A stretch of DNA of 63,547 nucleotides, filler included, from Rhabdomonas costata (taxonomy: Eukaryota), in NCBI GenBank assembly GCA_019059605.1. It is 49 parts of 49 records of this genome, joined end to end, with 100 filler letters (N's around TTAATTAATTAA, not from the genome) between each part and the next. Parts side by side here need not be neighbours in the genome. Positions count along the whole stretch, not along the records: positions 62,349 to 63,547 come from JAHMHO010023951.1; 48 more parts are not named here. The stretch is one strand, 5' to 3'. Positions 62,350 through 63,547 of the stretch are shown in pieces. Position numbers and translations under genes: made by a program. Numbering within the stretch: position 1 is the stretch's first letter; each line of letters starts with the position of its first letter. The notes under the pieces were generated by a model. It did not search any database and was not told the origin of the DNA. It was given only the letters and a program-made list of their open reading frames with translations.

Positions 62350-63547
62350 AATGGCAAGAGCAAAGAAAGCGGGTCCCAGCGGGTCCCCTTGCTGGGTGCC
62401 TTGAGATGACCACAAGAGCTCAGATTGGCAGAAAAGGGGCGAGGGCTGTCCGTGCGTAAACTCAAACCAGGGCAAGAGGTCGGGGGCAAGCTCAGAAAGT
62501 GCCCGTTGCATGCTTTGACGACTTACGCAGTTGAACGCGTTGGAAAGATCAATCTGGAGGACATGCCAATCCGGATGGTCATGCAGAATTCGCTGTAACT
62601 TTCTGCTGATCTGTTCCGTGGCACCACGCACCCCAACACCGAGCTGCAGGGGAGCTAAGGTTGCACTGAGCGAGTCGGAGAAACGCCGCTGTAATACCTT
62701 TGAAGTGAGACGTCGAAGCACCTCGCCCACGGCCACCGGTCTCAAGCCGCCCGCAGGTTTCAGAAGTGGGATCAATTTCGCAGCTGCCAGCCACGGAGCG
62801 CACCAAGGTGGAAGTCCGCCTGAAGCGGAAGTCTCAACCCAACGGACCAGAAGGCTTTTGAAGTAGTTCTTGTCCGCTAGCGACGAGACGTCGACAGCTT
62901 CGAGCAAATGTGTGTGCCGAAGACCACTTGGACCGGGGGCAGAAAGTGGTTTGAAACTGCGCAGCTCCCGCAGGACATGTTTGGGTGTCAGACCCCGATC
63001 TTCGAACGGTGCGCTCTTAGCTGAGCTGGCTTCAAGAGGGTGCCCCAGGGGGTGAAGAGCTCGTAGTCGTGCGAGCGTGTCGTCGTCCACTGGCGCAAGC
63101 TTGGAGGCCCCATTAAGAAGAGAAAGCCCTTTTGAGTAAGCGCCCTCGGCGACCGCAGCCATTACCTGACGAACTACGGGGGCCGGGATCTGGTCTTCTT
63201 CCTGCCCCTCAGGTGCGACCACAGGGAACTGGGGACGTTGCTTTGCCTTTCGCTGTCGGTGAGCGGCTTCGTCCCAAAGAGCCTGAACCTCGCCTGCTTC
63301 CCAGCGGCGAAACCGGGCGCCAAGAACCGAGACGAGGCGCTTGTTGGCACCTCCCCGCGGCAGTTGCGCCAGAAGACATTTGGGGGCCAGCAGGAGTTTC
63401 TGGAACGCCACTCGGGAACCAGTTTCGAGGAACGCGCTTAGGAGGTTTCCGAGAACTAGGCTCCAGCGCAGGCGCAGCGATTTGGGCACGTGCAGTAAGG
63501 TCACCACCGGTGCGGAAAGGAGATCCTCCAGGGAAGGTAAGCGTGTA
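62350..63547 (-). mobile_element. CRE-clade non-LTR retrotransposon ORF (reverse transcriptase N-terminal half), no stops across the contig
   Basis: Motifs SAPGPSGLR..HL, AKLIPLLKPAGGLRPVAVGEVLRRL, QLGVGVRGATE, IDLSNAFN and GTQQGDPLGP. QxGVG and RPxAVGE are typical of CRE-type RTs. Confidence 0.92.

Overview
This is not contiguous genome. It is 49 unrelated contigs of about 1.2 kb, joined by 48 artificial 100-nt linkers (N-run, TTAATTAATTAA, N-run), so adjacency across linkers means nothing. Most contigs start G/T-only and end A/C-only, and eight carry a near-perfect fold-back at one end, which points to whole-genome-amplified DNA (inference). The source is an intron-rich, moderately GC-rich eukaryote; a euglenid or other euglenozoan is my best guess, not demonstrated. 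Recognisable gene fragments, mostly rebuilt by hand from exons that the ORF track splits or misses: sulfite oxidase, sterol C24-methyltransferase, ribosomal protein eL33/L35a, orotate PRTase, an Ulp1/SENP protease, and UBA, F-box, cNMP, PstS-like, Cache, PAN/Apple and DUF829-like domains, plus a Ser/Thr-rich surface-protein ORF. Mobile elements are a decayed Ty3/gypsy RT, an uninterrupted CRE-clade non-LTR RT fragment and a decayed CRE-like 3' end. The most notable observations are a high share of GC-AG introns with degenerate intronic donors, a divergent intron-containing PstS-like domain, a 714-bp tandem repeat with spliced-leader-RNA-like features, and the CRE element. I found no multi-gene novel system, and this fragmented window could not show one.
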